Shown: piece by piece, positions 41,603 to 51,437 of the stretch | How the letters are laid out: every line of letters starts with the position of its first letter | Numbering within the stretch: the stretch's first letter is position 1 | Assembly (NCBI GenBank): GCA_965208575.1 | Contig: CBDBOV010000002.1 | Span: 640,001 to 704,000, forward strand | DNA length: 64,000 bases | From: Spirochaetia bacterium | GTDB taxonomy: Bacteria > Spirochaetota > Spirochaetia > SZUA-6 > Bin103 | Direction of reading: 5' to 3' | Program-made: the position numbers and the translations under genes | The notes under the pieces: model-generated | The model's input: the letters and a program-made list of their open reading frames with translations, nothing else | Database searches by the model: none | What the model was told of the DNA's origin: nothing

Positions 41603-41953
41603 TCATGGGCGCCATTGGTAGGCGGCGATGTCGAGGCGCCCGTCGGGGTCGACGACCACCCCTTCGGCGAGCAGCAGGGAGCGCTGCCGCTCCAGCCCGC
41701 CGCCCTCCGGCAGACGGATCGCGCCGCCGGCCCCGATCACGCGGTGCCAGGGCAGTCCGCTGTCGGCGTAGGCACGCAGCGCCCAGGCCACCTGCCGCGC
41801 CGCGCGCCGGTTGCCCGCCTGCGCCGCCACCTGGCCGTAGGTCGCCACTCGCCCCGGCGGGATCGCCGCCACCACCGCCGCGATGCGCCGCAGCAGGCCG
41901 GCGGAGTCAGGAGTGCTCGTCGTCGGGGCGTCCGACCGCGGAGGCTCGGCCAC
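41603..41953 (-). CDS. alkyltransferase-like (ATL/YbaZ) MGMT family protein
   Basis: IPPGRVATYGQVA, ARQV, PWHRV (Trp in place of the catalytic Cys). Start approximate. Confidence 0.88.
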   Translation of the reverse strand: MAEPPRSDAPTTSTPDSAGLLRRIAAVVAAIPPGRVATYGQVAAQAGNRRAARQVAWALRAYADSGLPWHRVIGAGGAIRLPEGGGLERQRSLLLAEGVVVDPDGRLDIAAYQWRP

Positions 41954-42418
41954 TCCGGGAGGTGGTTCGTCAAGCTCCCGCGGCGCCGCCAACGGGGAGG
42001 ACCTTCTCCCGATCGCGTCCGCGTCGTCCAGATCGTGGCGCGGCTTCGTGGCATGGCCAGTCCACGGTGTAGCATGTTCCTGACCGACGCCCGCAGACGG
42101 GCCGCCGGTCTCCAACAGACGTGTCATGGGGAGCGCTCCCGGGCACGGCACAGGCGAGAGGTCCCGGTGCGGGTACCGCCACGGTCGCGGCTCGGTTCGG
42201 CGGCAGGGCCGGTGAGCGACGCCAGACGCCGACCACTGCTACCCGAGCGGAGGTCGCCGGGCTCCCGGAGCGGCGTCACTGCCGGCTCTCCCAGGCACGG
42301 AGCCCGGCTCGCCCGCGGCGAAACACCGGCCTTCGAGGAGCGCTCTCGGTGCGAAGCCTGTATTCGCGACGGACCGGCCGTGCGCCGGAGGGGGCGCCGC
42401 CGCACGGTGGCAGCGCGG

Positions 42419-43465
42419 TCATCGGAAGGCCGGCCAGCGCAGGGCGCCGCGAAAGGCGACGCGTTCGCCCGGCGCGTCGGCGGCCACGATCCGGCCCACC
42501 GGGTAGCAGGCCACGCCGGCGGCGCCCGCTGCCGAGCGCACCTCGCCCTCGCTGCCGGCGGCGGCCACGGCAAGCATGCCGGCGCCGCAGTTGAACACGC
42601 GCAGCATCTCGGTGTCGGGCAACGACCCGGCGGCGCGCAGCGCGGCGAAGATCTCCGGCACCACGAGGCGCGACAGGTCGATCTCCGCGGCGGTGCCGGG
42701 CGGCAGCACGCGGCTGAGGTTCGCGGCGATGCCGCCGCCGGTAATGTGCGCGAGGCCGTGCAGGTTGTCGCCGGCCAGGCAGGGGCGCAGCGCCGGCAGG
42801 TAGCAGCGGTGCGGGACCAGCAGCGCGTCGAGCACGGAACTCCTGCCCAGCGTCCGCCCGGCAAGGGACGGGTCCGCGTCCAGCAGCCGGCGTATCAGCG
42901 AGTAGCCGTTGGTGTGCACGCCGCTCGAGGCCAGCGCCAGCACCGTGTCGCCGGCACCGATCCGGCTGCCGTCGATCACCTTCGCGTACTCCACCACGCC
43001 CAGCACGCTCGCGGCCAGCACGTAGGTGCCCGCCTCCAGCACGCCCGGCTGCTCGGAGGTCTCGCCGCCGGTCAGGCTGCACTCCTGCGCCCGGCACGCC
43101 TCGGCCAGCCCGGCCACCAGCGCGGCGACCGCCTCGGGCTGCAGCGAACCGCAGATGATCGCGTCCTGCACCGCGACCGGCGCCGCGCCCATCACCACGA
43201 TGTCGTTGACCAGGTGGTTGACGAGGTCGAAGCACAGCGACCGGTAGGCTCCGTGCGCCACGGCCAGCTTCTGCTTGGTGCCCGGTTCCTCGGTCTTGAA
43301 CACGATCACCGGGTGCCGGTACTCGGGAAACGTCGCATCGATCAGGGTGGCGAACGGACCGACCCCGTTCAGGATGCGCGGATCGCGCGGCTCCAGCAGC
43401 CGCGCCATGTTGCGCTTGGCGGCGTCCGCGGCGGCAATGTCCACCCCCGCCGCGGCGTAGCTCAT
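42419..43465 (-). CDS. purM: phosphoribosylformylglycinamidine cyclo-ligase (AIR synthetase), divergent
   Basis: YAAAGVDI, VNDI, GGET, SSGVHTNGYSL, AHITGGG, FNCGAGM. Confidence 0.88.
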   Translation of the reverse strand: MSYAAAGVDIAAADAAKRNMARLLEPRDPRILNGVGPFATLIDATFPEYRHPVIVFKTEEPGTKQKLAVAHGAYRSLCFDLVNHLVNDIVVMGAAPVAVQDAIICGSLQPEAVAALVAGLAEACRAQECSLTGGETSEQPGVLEAGTYVLAASVLGVVEYAKVIDGSRIGAGDTVLALASSGVHTNGYSLIRRLLDADPSLAGRTLGRSSVLDALLVPHRCYLPALRPCLAGDNLHGLAHITGGGIAANLSRVLPPGTAAEIDLSRLVVPEIFAALRAAGSLPDTEMLRVFNCGAGMLAVAAAGSEGEVRSAAGAAGVACYPVGRIVAADAPGERVAFRGALRWPAFR

Positions 43466-43522
43466 GCCTGCGCTGGCGCTTCCGGCGGTTCCGGCGAACC
43501 CGGCGGACGATTCGCTCAGCGC

Positions 43523-44359
43523 TCAGTCCTTGATGCGGACCATGATGCGGTGGCGGATCCGGTCGCGCTTCACCTCGAAGGCGTCCTGCCGCGAAGCGAT
43601 CACCTTGACCAGCTTGGAGGAGCCGTAGGTGCGCGGGTCGAACGCCGGATCGAGCTTCTTGAGGTTATTCGCGATCTTGCGCAGGTCCACCCACGCCGAC
43701 TCCTGGTCCACCATCTCGTGCGCCTCGGTCACGATGGAGACCAGGTCGGCGTCCTCGAACCCGTTGCTGTCGCTCGCTGCCGCCGTTTCGGCGCTGCCTG
43801 CCCCGTTGCCGGAACCGTCGGCGCTGCCCGCCCCGGCGGCGGACCCGGCGCCATCGCCGCTGCGGACGTCCCGGCGCCGGGAACGCCGCCGCCGGCCGTC
43901 GCTCTCGTAGCTCTTCATGATGTTCTCGACGTAGCGGAACTCGTTGCAGGCGTTCACGAACGGCTTCGGCGTGTGGTGCTTGCCGATCCCGATCACCTCC
44001 ATCCCGGCCTCGCGCAACCGGATCGCCAGTTTCGTGTAGTCGCTGTCGCTCGACACGATGATGAATCCGCCGACGTGGTTGCTGTACAGGATGTCCATCG
44101 CGTCGATGATCATCGCCGAGTCGGTAGCGTTCTTGCCCACCGTGTTGCTGAACTGCTGCACCGGCTGGATGGCGTGCACCGGCAGTTTCTTCTTCCAGGA
44201 CTCGAGCTGCGTGGTGGTCCAGTCGCCGTAGATGCGGCGGATGGTCACCACGCCGAATTTCACGACTTCCTTCATGACGTGTTCGATTTGCGATGCCTGC
44301 GCGTTGTCGCCGTCGATCAGGACGGCCAGACGCCGTTCGGCGGTTGTGCTGGTACTCAT
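43523..44359 (-). CDS. NYN domain protein with C-terminal OST-HTH/LOTUS domain
   Basis: LAVLIDGDN, RRIYGDW, KNATDSAMIIDAMD, SSDSDY; FDPRTYGSSKL. Confidence 0.9.
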   Translation of the reverse strand: MSTSTTAERRLAVLIDGDNAQASQIEHVMKEVVKFGVVTIRRIYGDWTTTQLESWKKKLPVHAIQPVQQFSNTVGKNATDSAMIIDAMDILYSNHVGGFIIVSSDSDYTKLAIRLREAGMEVIGIGKHHTPKPFVNACNEFRYVENIMKSYESDGRRRRSRRRDVRSGDGAGSAAGAGSADGSGNGAGSAETAAASDSNGFEDADLVSIVTEAHEMVDQESAWVDLRKIANNLKKLDPAFDPRTYGSSKLVKVIASRQDAFEVKRDRIRHRIMVRIKD

Positions 44360-45066
44360 GTGTTCCTCTTGTTGGTTGAGATTCGCGCCCTCTCGTGGGG
44401 CGCGGCGTTGCGCCGGTCCGCATCGGAGCGGGCGGTTGATGGGGAGGGCCCGGCCGGCGCGCCGGGGTGCGATGCCGGGCGGTTCCCGGCTGCTGCGGCA
44501 AGTTCGACGAAGCGGAAGCAATCGCGCAAGTGGTCGTTCACCAGACCCACCGCTTGCAGGTGCGAATATACGATCGTCGGGCCGACGAAACGAAATCCGC
44601 GCGCCTTGAGGTCGCGGCTCACGCGTTGCGACAACCCGGTCTGCGCGGGAACTTCGTCCTCGCCGCGCCAGCCGCCCACCACCGGCGCCCCGTCGACGAA
44701 GCGCCACAGATAGGCGCTGAAGCTGCCGAACTGTTCCTGGACGGCCAGAAAGGCGCGCGCATTGGCGATCGACGCGTCGATCTTGAGCCGGTTGCGCACG
44801 ATTTCCCGGTTCTGGAGCAGGGCGGCCCGTTCGGCGGCCCCGAAGCGGGCCACGCGAGTAACCGCGAAGTCGTGGTAGGCGCGGCGGTAGCCGGCGCGCT
44901 TGTGCAGAATGGTACGCCAGCTCAGGCCCGCCTGCGCCCCTTCCAGGGTCAGGAACTCGAACTGGAGGCGGTCGTCGTCCCACACCGGCGTGCCCCACTC
45001 GTCGTCATGATACGCCTGCATCAGTGCGTCGCCCGCGCACCACGGACAGCGGCTCGGCTCACCCAT
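44356..45066 (-). CDS. tag: DNA-3-methyladenine glycosylase I
   Basis: RCPW, YHDDEWG, LEGAQAGLSW, IVRNRLKI, NDHLRDCF. Confidence 0.95.
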   Translation of the reverse strand: MGEPSRCPWCAGDALMQAYHDDEWGTPVWDDDRLQFEFLTLEGAQAGLSWRTILHKRAGYRRAYHDFAVTRVARFGAAERAALLQNREIVRNRLKIDASIANARAFLAVQEQFGSFSAYLWRFVDGAPVVGGWRGEDEVPAQTGLSQRVSRDLKARGFRFVGPTIVYSHLQAVGLVNDHLRDCFRFVELAAAAGNRPASHPGAPAGPSPSTARSDADRRNAAPHERARISTNKRNT

Positions 45067-45145
45067 CAGGCGCCTCCGCGGCCGCCGCGGTCGCGGCCGA
45101 CCGGCGCATGCGGCGGGCGCCGGGGACAGCGGCTCGGCGCGCCGG

Positions 45146-45919
45146 TCACGATCCGGTCTCCCGGCCGCCGCGGTTGCGGTTGATCACCTCGATGCGCACC
45201 GCGCCACCGGCGCGGTCGATGAACTTCGCCGCCGCGGCCACCCGGTTGTCGCGGTCGAGCAGGTCCCACAGCTCCGCCACCGCCCGGCGCGGGTCCGCGG
45301 CTATCGGCAGCGGGAACGGCTCGCCTGCGAACGGCGGCAGCGGTGCGCCGTCCCCCTCGTAGGTGGTGATGCAGTAGCCCCAGCCGGGGCGCATGCCGCG
45401 GTAGCTGAAGTGCTGGTGGCTGGTGCGCGGCGGCGCGCCGCCGGCCGTCTTCACGATCGCCAGCTCGCAGCACCGCACGCCGCCCGAGCCGCCCACGGTC
45501 AGCGCGCCGGCGATGCGCGCCGTGTAGTGGGGGGCGTCCGGTTCCACGTCGCGGCGCGCGAACGCGGCGCTGAACGACTCGCCGCCGGCCAGGCCGGCGG
45601 CGATCGTGTCGGTCTGGTCGCCGTTGCCCACCACGTGCGTGACGCGCCCGTCGCCGTGCCGCACGGCGCACAGCGCACGGTACAGGAGCAGGTTCGGGTC
45701 GCCGCGCTGCACGCCCGCCGCGGCGTCGGCAACCACCACCCGCACGCTGCCGTCCGGCTCGCGCACCAGGCGCCGGTTGCGGCTGCCCGCGCTGCGCCCC
45801 ATGGTCCAGAAGAGTTGCACGCCGGCCGCGCCGTCGGCCGTGCAGCCGACCACCAGCCCGCGTCCGGGATAGCTGGTGCGCCGCAGCCAGGCGCGGTCCT
45901 TGGATACCGGCCCTAGCAT
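45146..45919 (-). CDS. IMP cyclohydrolase-like protein (PurO-like Ntn fold)
   Basis: YPGRGLVVG, MGRS..SRNR, VGNGDQTD, EPDAPHYTARI, ITTYEGDG. Confidence 0.8.
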   Translation of the reverse strand: MLGPVSKDRAWLRRTSYPGRGLVVGCTADGAAGVQLFWTMGRSAGSRNRRLVREPDGSVRVVVADAAAGVQRGDPNLLLYRALCAVRHGDGRVTHVVGNGDQTDTIAAGLAGGESFSAAFARRDVEPDAPHYTARIAGALTVGGSGGVRCCELAIVKTAGGAPPRTSHQHFSYRGMRPGWGYCITTYEGDGAPLPPFAGEPFPLPIAADPRRAVAELWDLLDRDNRVAAAAKFIDRAGGAVRIEVINRNRGGRETGS

Positions 45920-45981
45920 GGCTCGCCACCCGGCGCGGAACCGTCTTTACAGCCGATTCGGCGCGCGTCTACGATCCTTCC

Positions 45982-47439
45982 GTGGCGCGCGGCGGGACCT
46001 TCGAGGCGGCGGTTGAACGACTGATGGGGCTGACCGATCTGCGCCGGACCGCGCCGCCGGGCGAGCGCAACCGCTACCGCGCGCAGCGCATGCGCGCCCT
46101 GCTGCGCCAACTGCACGACCCTCACCTGGCGGTGCCCACGATCCACGTCGCCGGCACCAACGGCAAGGGCTCCACCGCTGCCATGCTCGCCGCCATGCTG
46201 CACGGCGCCGGACTGCGCGTCGGTCTGTTCACTTCTCCCCACCTGCACTCGGTGGTCGAGCGCATCCGCATCGGGCCGGATCCGGTCTCCCGCGAGCAGT
46301 TCGCCGGCCTGTTCGCGCGCGTCTGGCCGGCGGCGCAGGCGGTCGCGCGCGACCCCGCGTTGCCCGGCGAGCGCGGCGCCGTGACCACGCTGGAGGTGCT
46401 GACGGCCATGGCGTTCCACTTGTTCCGCGAAACGGGAGTGGCATACCAGGTGGTGGAGGCGTTCGTCGGCGGACGCCATGATATCACCAATATCGTGCAA
46501 CCCGTGCTGTCGGTCATTACCAATATCAGCCGCGATCACGTGCCCGCCCTCGGTACCACCCTGCGCGAGATCGCGCACGCCAAGGCTGGCATCATCAAGC
46601 CGGGGGTCCCGGTCGTCGTCGCCCCGCAGCGCCCTGCCGTGCAGGCCGTGCTCGCGCGCGAGGCAACCACCCTCGGGTCACCGCTGACGGCGGTTGCACG
46701 CCCCGCGCAGCCAACGCAAGCCCCCGCCCTGGAGAACTCCCATCAGGACCTGTGCTGGCGCGGCCGCCACGGCGAGTACCGGGTCGCGCTGCCATTGCGC
46801 GGCATCGCGCAGCGCGAGAACGCTGCCGTCGCCATCACGGCGGCGGAGCGGCTCATTGACCTGGGCGCTCCACTCTCCACCGACGCGATGTGCCGCGGTC
46901 TGGGCGGCGTCACCTGGCCGGGCCGGCTCGAGCTGGTATGCCGCGGCCCGCTCCCGGTGCTGGTCGACGGCGCCCATTGCGCTCGCGCGATGGATTGCCT
47001 GGTCGCCGAACTGCGCCGGCTGTGGACCGGTACGGGCGAACGCTCCGCAACGACGGCGGCCCTGGAAGCGAGTGCACGGGAGTCGTCTGCCGGGAGCGGC
47101 ACTCGGACCGGCAGGTCGGTGACGGCGCTGGTAGGCGCCCAGCGCGGACACCAGGCCGTCGCCACGCTCCGCCGCCTGCACCCACTTGCAGATTCCGTCG
47201 TGGCCGTGCAGACGCGCCACCCGCGCTCGCTGCCCGCCGAGGAGTTGGCGGCAACCCTGCGCGCCGCCGGAATTCCGGCCCGTGCCGGAGCCCATTCGGT
47301 GGGCGCCACGGTGCGCCGGCTCATGGCCACCGCCCGCGCGCACACCCTCCTGCTCGCAACCGGCTCGTTGTCGGTTGCGGCCGAGGTTCGCCAGGAACTG
47401 CTAACCGGGATACGGGCGGACCACTACCCGGGAACGTGA
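45982..47439 (+). CDS. folC: folylpolyglutamate synthase / dihydrofolate synthase
   Basis: IHVAGTNGKGST, FTSPHL, DH...LG, KAGIIK, WPGRLE, VDGAH, TGSL. Confidence 0.92.
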   Translation: MARGGTFEAAVERLMGLTDLRRTAPPGERNRYRAQRMRALLRQLHDPHLAVPTIHVAGTNGKGSTAAMLAAMLHGAGLRVGLFTSPHLHSVVERIRIGPDPVSREQFAGLFARVWPAAQAVARDPALPGERGAVTTLEVLTAMAFHLFRETGVAYQVVEAFVGGRHDITNIVQPVLSVITNISRDHVPALGTTLREIAHAKAGIIKPGVPVVVAPQRPAVQAVLAREATTLGSPLTAVARPAQPTQAPALENSHQDLCWRGRHGEYRVALPLRGIAQRENAAVAITAAERLIDLGAPLSTDAMCRGLGGVTWPGRLELVCRGPLPVLVDGAHCARAMDCLVAELRRLWTGTGERSATTAALEASARESSAGSGTRTGRSVTALVGAQRGHQAVATLRRLHPLADSVVAVQTRHPRSLPAEELAATLRAAGIPARAGAHSVGATVRRLMATARAHTLLLATGSLSVAAEVRQELLTGIRADHYPGT

Positions 47440-47475
47440 AGGAAGCGTACGTCGTGTGGGCGGATCAAGTCGCGG

Positions 47476-47658
47476 TCAGGTGACGTCGGTGCCGCGGACG
47501 GTCTTGCGCTTGGCAGCGCGCGCGCTCTCCATCGCTTCGTCGCATACCGCGCGCACCTTGTCCGACAGCGCTTCGGCGACCGACGCGGCTGTGTTCATAC
47601 CGCCCTTGTCCTTGATGTAGTTCTTGACCTTGGAAGTAACGATCAGAATGTCAGCCAT
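47476..47658 (-). CDS. bacterial histone-fold protein (Bd0055/HLp-like, short alpha3)
   Basis: 60 aa MADILIVTSKVKNYIKDKGGMNT...RKTVRGTD with the histone L2 RxTxxxxD motif; AGGAGG RBS at 47668-47673. Confidence 0.88.
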   Translation of the reverse strand: MADILIVTSKVKNYIKDKGGMNTAASVAEALSDKVRAVCDEAMESARAAKRKTVRGTDVT

Positions 47659-47788
47659 TGAACCAGGCCTCCTGTGTCAAGTGTGGCGTCCGTCACCCGC
47701 AACGGCGGGCGCGGCCGCCGGCGGCACTATACAGGATAGCTCGGCCCGCGTCAGCAGGCGGCCGGATATTGGGGACATCGGCGGGGGT

Positions 47789-48610
47789 TTACCTCTCTTG
47801 CAGTGGGTGCCCGCAGTGCCGGCAGTACCCGGCGTCGGGTTGATGACCCGATCGTCCGCACGCCTGGCAGTGGCGCCGGTCGCGTACGCGAAACGTCTGC
47901 GACACTACCTCCGCGGTGACCAGGCCGGTCGGGACCGCGATGATCCCATAGCCCATCACCATGATGATCGCGGCCAGGACTTGCCCGAGCCCGGTACGGG
48001 GCGTCAAATCGCCATACCCGACCGTGGTGAGGGTCACGATGGTCCAGTACATGCTGCGCGGGATGCTGGTAAAGCCGTGCTCTTCCCCCTCGATGACGTA
48101 GATCAGCGAGCCGAGAATCACCGCCACGATAAGCACCGCGAACAGGAACACGGTGATCTTGCGGCGGCTGGCGCGCAGCGCGGCCAGGATCACCACGGCT
48201 TCCTTCATGTAGGGCACCAGCTTCAGGACGCGGAACACGCGCAGGACGCGCAGCAGGCGCAGGACCGCCAGGTAGTGCGTGCCCGGCAGCAGCAGGGCGA
48301 CGAACGCCGGCAGCACCGCCAGCAGGTCGATGATTCCGAAGAAGCTGCGCGCATAGTGCAGCGGGCGGCGAACGGTCACCAGCCGCAGGAAGTACTCGAC
48401 CATGAACAGCACGGTAAAGCACCACTCGGCCACGCGCAGCCCGGGGCCGAGCAGCGAATTCACCGGGCGTGAACTCTCCAGCATCACCACCGCGACGCTG
48501 GCGATGATGGTGGCGATGATCGCGATGTCGAAGCCCTTGCCGGCGCGCGAGTCGGAAAGAAAGATGACGCTGCGCAGTTGCACGCGCCAGCGAGCGGTCG
48601 GGCGTCTCAC
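47789..48610 (-). CDS. voltage-gated potassium channel (ion transporter)
   Basis: S4 RLLRVLRVFRVLK, filter TTVGYGD, C-terminal CxxC...CxxC ribbon. Confidence 0.93.
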   Translation of the reverse strand: MRRPTARWRVQLRSVIFLSDSRAGKGFDIAIIATIIASVAVVMLESSRPVNSLLGPGLRVAEWCFTVLFMVEYFLRLVTVRRPLHYARSFFGIIDLLAVLPAFVALLLPGTHYLAVLRLLRVLRVFRVLKLVPYMKEAVVILAALRASRRKITVFLFAVLIVAVILGSLIYVIEGEEHGFTSIPRSMYWTIVTLTTVGYGDLTPRTGLGQVLAAIIMVMGYGIIAVPTGLVTAEVVSQTFRVRDRRHCQACGRSGHQPDAGYCRHCGHPLQER

Positions 48611-48655
48611 GTCCAGCGCGGCCTCCGCCCGACCGGTGCCGCGGCCATCCGGGAT

Positions 48656-48743
48656 GCCTGTTCCGAAGGAGCCTGCTGGCGGGCGATGCTTGGGAATCCG
48701 TGTTCGTCGCCTGCCATGTCACGCAGTGACCGGACAGACTCAT
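48656..48743 (-). repeat. dispersed 88-bp intergenic element, copy B
   Basis: Reverse complement aligns without gaps to 39772-39859. Confidence 0.85.
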
Positions 48744-48777
48744 CGCTCGAGTGCAGCCGGTGCGCCGCCACGGGGTG

Positions 48778-50241
48778 CTACGCGGTGGCCGGCTGCGCGG
48801 TTGCCGGTTCCAGCAGCCGTTCCTCGATCTGCCCGCCGAGCACGCGGATCTTGGCGAGCACGGACTGGTAGCCGCGCTCAATGTTGCCGACCTGGGTGAG
48901 CGTGCTCTCCCCGTCCGCCACCAGGGCGGCCAGCAGGTAGGCGAACCCGGCGCGCAGATCGGGCACCTCGAGCTCAGCCGCAACCAGCGGGGTGGGACCG
49001 GAAATCACCGCGCTGTGGTAGCAGCCGCGCCCGCGGAACCGGCACGCGGCGCTGCCCAGACACGCGGTGCTCAGGTCCACCGCGGCGCCCATCTCGCCGA
49101 GCGCGTCGGCATACCCGAGCCGCCGCTCGTAGACGGTCTCGTGGACGATCGACACGCCGTCCGCCTGGGTGAGCAGCACCACCAGGGGCGGCTGCCAGTC
49201 GGTCATGAATCCGGGGTGCGGCGCCGTTTCCACCGTTACCGGGCGGAGGCGGCGCGGGCCGCGGAACCGGATGCCGGCGGCGTCCGCGTCGCAGGTTCCG
49301 CCCACGCTGCGCAGCACGGCCAGGAATGAGCGCAGGTGGGCGGGTTCTGCACCGCGTACGAACAGGTCACCGCGGGTCGCGACCGCTGCCGCCGCGTAGG
49401 AGGCCGCCTCCAGGCGATCGCCGATGATCCGGTGCCGGGCCCCGTGCAGGGACGCCACGCCGTCGATTACCCAGGTGCGCCGGCCCGCGTGCTCGATGCG
49501 CGCCCCCATGGCACGCAGCAGGCCGACCAGATTGCCGATCTCCGGCTCGATGGCGGCGTTGCGCAGCATCGTCCGCCCCATCGCCCCGGCGGCCGCGACC
49601 AGGACCTGCTCGGTGGCGCCGACACTCGGGTAGGCGAGCCGTATGTCGGCACCACGCAACACGTCTCCGCGAAACCGGGTAATGACCCCGTCGCGCTCGA
49701 TGTCGACGCCCAGGAGGCGCAACGCGTGCAGGTGAAAGTCGATGGGGCGGGCCCCGATGGCGTCGCCCCCGATGGCGGCGATCTGCGCGCGACCGGTGCG
49801 ATGCAGCAGCGCCGCGATGAACAGCATGCAGGAGCGGTGTTCGGGGCTCACGTCGGCCGGTATGCGCCAGCCGTTGACGGTGGAGGGGTCGACTTCCAGC
49901 GTGGACTCGTCGAGCCACCGCCAGCGCACCCCGAGAGCGGCGCAGATGCGCAGGGTCAGTTGCACCTCGCCGATGCGCGGCACGTTCTCCAGCACACTCG
50001 GCTCCGGCGCCAGCAGCGCGGCGATAATCATCTTCGGCGCCGCGTTCTTGGCTCCGGCGACCGCCAGTTCGCCGTGCAGCGGCTTGCCCCCGCTGACCCG
50101 GTAGGCGCGTTCGGCGCCGGCGGTCAGCGGATCGGGCGCCGGGACGATGGCGTCCTGCACGGTGCGGCGGATGCCGGCGCCCGATTCGGTATCGGACGAG
50201 TCAGTGGAATCGGTGTCAGTATGCACGAGGCCCCCAGCCAC
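48778..50241 (-). CDS. murA: UDP-N-acetylglucosamine 1-carboxyvinyltransferase (Asp-type active site)
   Basis: GAKNA, GGDAIGARPIDFH, SVGATE, NAAIEPEI, PGFMTDWQ, DLRAG, IERGY. True start may be up to about 130 bp downstream. Confidence 0.93.
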   Translation of the reverse strand: MAGGLVHTDTDSTDSSDTESGAGIRRTVQDAIVPAPDPLTAGAERAYRVSGGKPLHGELAVAGAKNAAPKMIIAALLAPEPSVLENVPRIGEVQLTLRICAALGVRWRWLDESTLEVDPSTVNGWRIPADVSPEHRSCMLFIAALLHRTGRAQIAAIGGDAIGARPIDFHLHALRLLGVDIERDGVITRFRGDVLRGADIRLAYPSVGATEQVLVAAAGAMGRTMLRNAAIEPEIGNLVGLLRAMGARIEHAGRRTWVIDGVASLHGARHRIIGDRLEAASYAAAAVATRGDLFVRGAEPAHLRSFLAVLRSVGGTCDADAAGIRFRGPRRLRPVTVETAPHPGFMTDWQPPLVVLLTQADGVSIVHETVYERRLGYADALGEMGAAVDLSTACLGSAACRFRGRGCYHSAVISGPTPLVAAELEVPDLRAGFAYLLAALVADGESTLTQVGNIERGYQSVLAKIRVLGGQIEERLLEPATAQPATA

Positions 50242-50330
50242 AGAGAGTTATTCTCAATGTTCGGCTGCGATGGCGCCGCAGCCAAGCTGCGATGACGCCG
50301 CGGGCCCACCTGGCGGACGTGGCGGGAACG

Positions 50331-50582
50331 TCAGGAACCGCGCAGACCGTAGCGGCGGCGAAATTTCTCGATGCGGCCCGCGCTGTCGACCAGCGTCTGC
50401 TTGCCGGTATAGAACGGGTGCGAGGCGCTGGAAATCTCGATGTTGATCAGCGGGTACTCCTTGCCGTCCTGCCAGGTAATGGTTTCCTTGGACGACTGGG
50501 TGGAACGGCTCAGGAACTCGAAGTCGGAAGAGGTGTCCTTGAACACCACGAAGTTGTACTTGGGATGAATCTCTTGCTGCAT
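50331..50582 (-). CDS. rpmE2: 50S ribosomal protein L31 type B
   Basis: MQQEIHPKY...[14 protein letters not shown]...GRIEKF; no Cys (Zn-independent form). Confidence 0.93.
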   Translation of the reverse strand: MQQEIHPKYNFVVFKDTSSDFEFLSRSTQSSKETITWQDGKEYPLINIEISSASHPFYTGKQTLVDSAGRIEKFRRRYGLRGS

Positions 50583-50644
50583 GCGTGCTGCCTCTTGTGG
50601 CCTGGTGCCCGCCGGAGCGTCCCACCGATCGGGCCGGAAGCTCG

Positions 50645-51160
50645 TTATTCGTTCTCCGGTAGACGCGTAGTATACCAAACGCCGCGCCCGAGCGACAATT
50701 TCTTGACGTTGGAAATCTCCGGGGTGCTGCCCTTCCGGTAGCCCCAGAAGCGCTCGATCACCTCTTCGGCAAACTCGATCTGGGTGATCTGCTGCAGGTT
50801 CTCGATCTGTTCCCACGACGCCTTCTTCTGTCTGACCTGCGCCGGCGTCATCTCCCGGATTTCCTCTTCGTACTGCTCGATGAGCGAGTCGATCATCTCG
50901 ACCAGCTCCTCCTTGTTCACGCTCGGCTCTTCGGGGACCACGTCGGCGGTCACGAACGGCGTCACGCCGGATTCGGGATCGGCGCCGGCGGATTCAGCGC
51001 CAGGTGCCTGCTCGCCCGCGGCGTCGGCGGCGGAATCCGCGGCGGGAGAGTCCGCCTCGGCAGCGGCGGGGGGAGCGGGAGGCGGCTCCGGCTTCTTCCG
51101 AAAGGTTCGGTACAGAACGTAGATGGCAATGACGAGGCCGCCCAGGAGTGCAAAGGTCAT
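50645..51160 (-). CDS. hypothetical single-pass membrane protein
   Basis: N-terminal TM, Pro/Ala linker, acidic helical C-terminal domain; gene-like amino-acid composition. Confidence 0.7.
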   Translation of the reverse strand: MTFALLGGLVIAIYVLYRTFRKKPEPPPAPPAAAEADSPAADSAADAAGEQAPGAESAGADPESGVTPFVTADVVPEEPSVNKEELVEMIDSLIEQYEEEIREMTPAQVRQKKASWEQIENLQQITQIEFAEEVIERFWGYRKGSTPEISNVKKLSLGRGVWYTTRLPENE

Positions 51161-51437
51161 GACGTGGGGATTCCTGCATCGAAGGTACCACCGCGCGCGG
51201 GTGATCGCATACTGACGGTCAGCATATCATGCCCGGCGGGTTACGCCACGGCGTCCGGATCGATACCAATCGATGCTCACGCCCAGTCCGGGGGCGGCGG
51301 GCACCGCCATGCAGCCGTCGGCTTCGACCTCGGGCGGGTCGCAGTCGCTCGCTCATCGCAGCCATTGTACCGGCGGCGCGCTAAGCGGGGTAGCCGCCGT
51401 CGACGTCGGCGGGCGAATGGCGTAGGGTGGCGTTCCA

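Noticed and set aside
41468-44713. 1081-aa plus-strand ORF and many other long Arg/Ala/Pro-rich ORFs
   Set aside because: These are antisense or alternative-frame shadows of well-supported genes; stop codons are scarce at this GC content.
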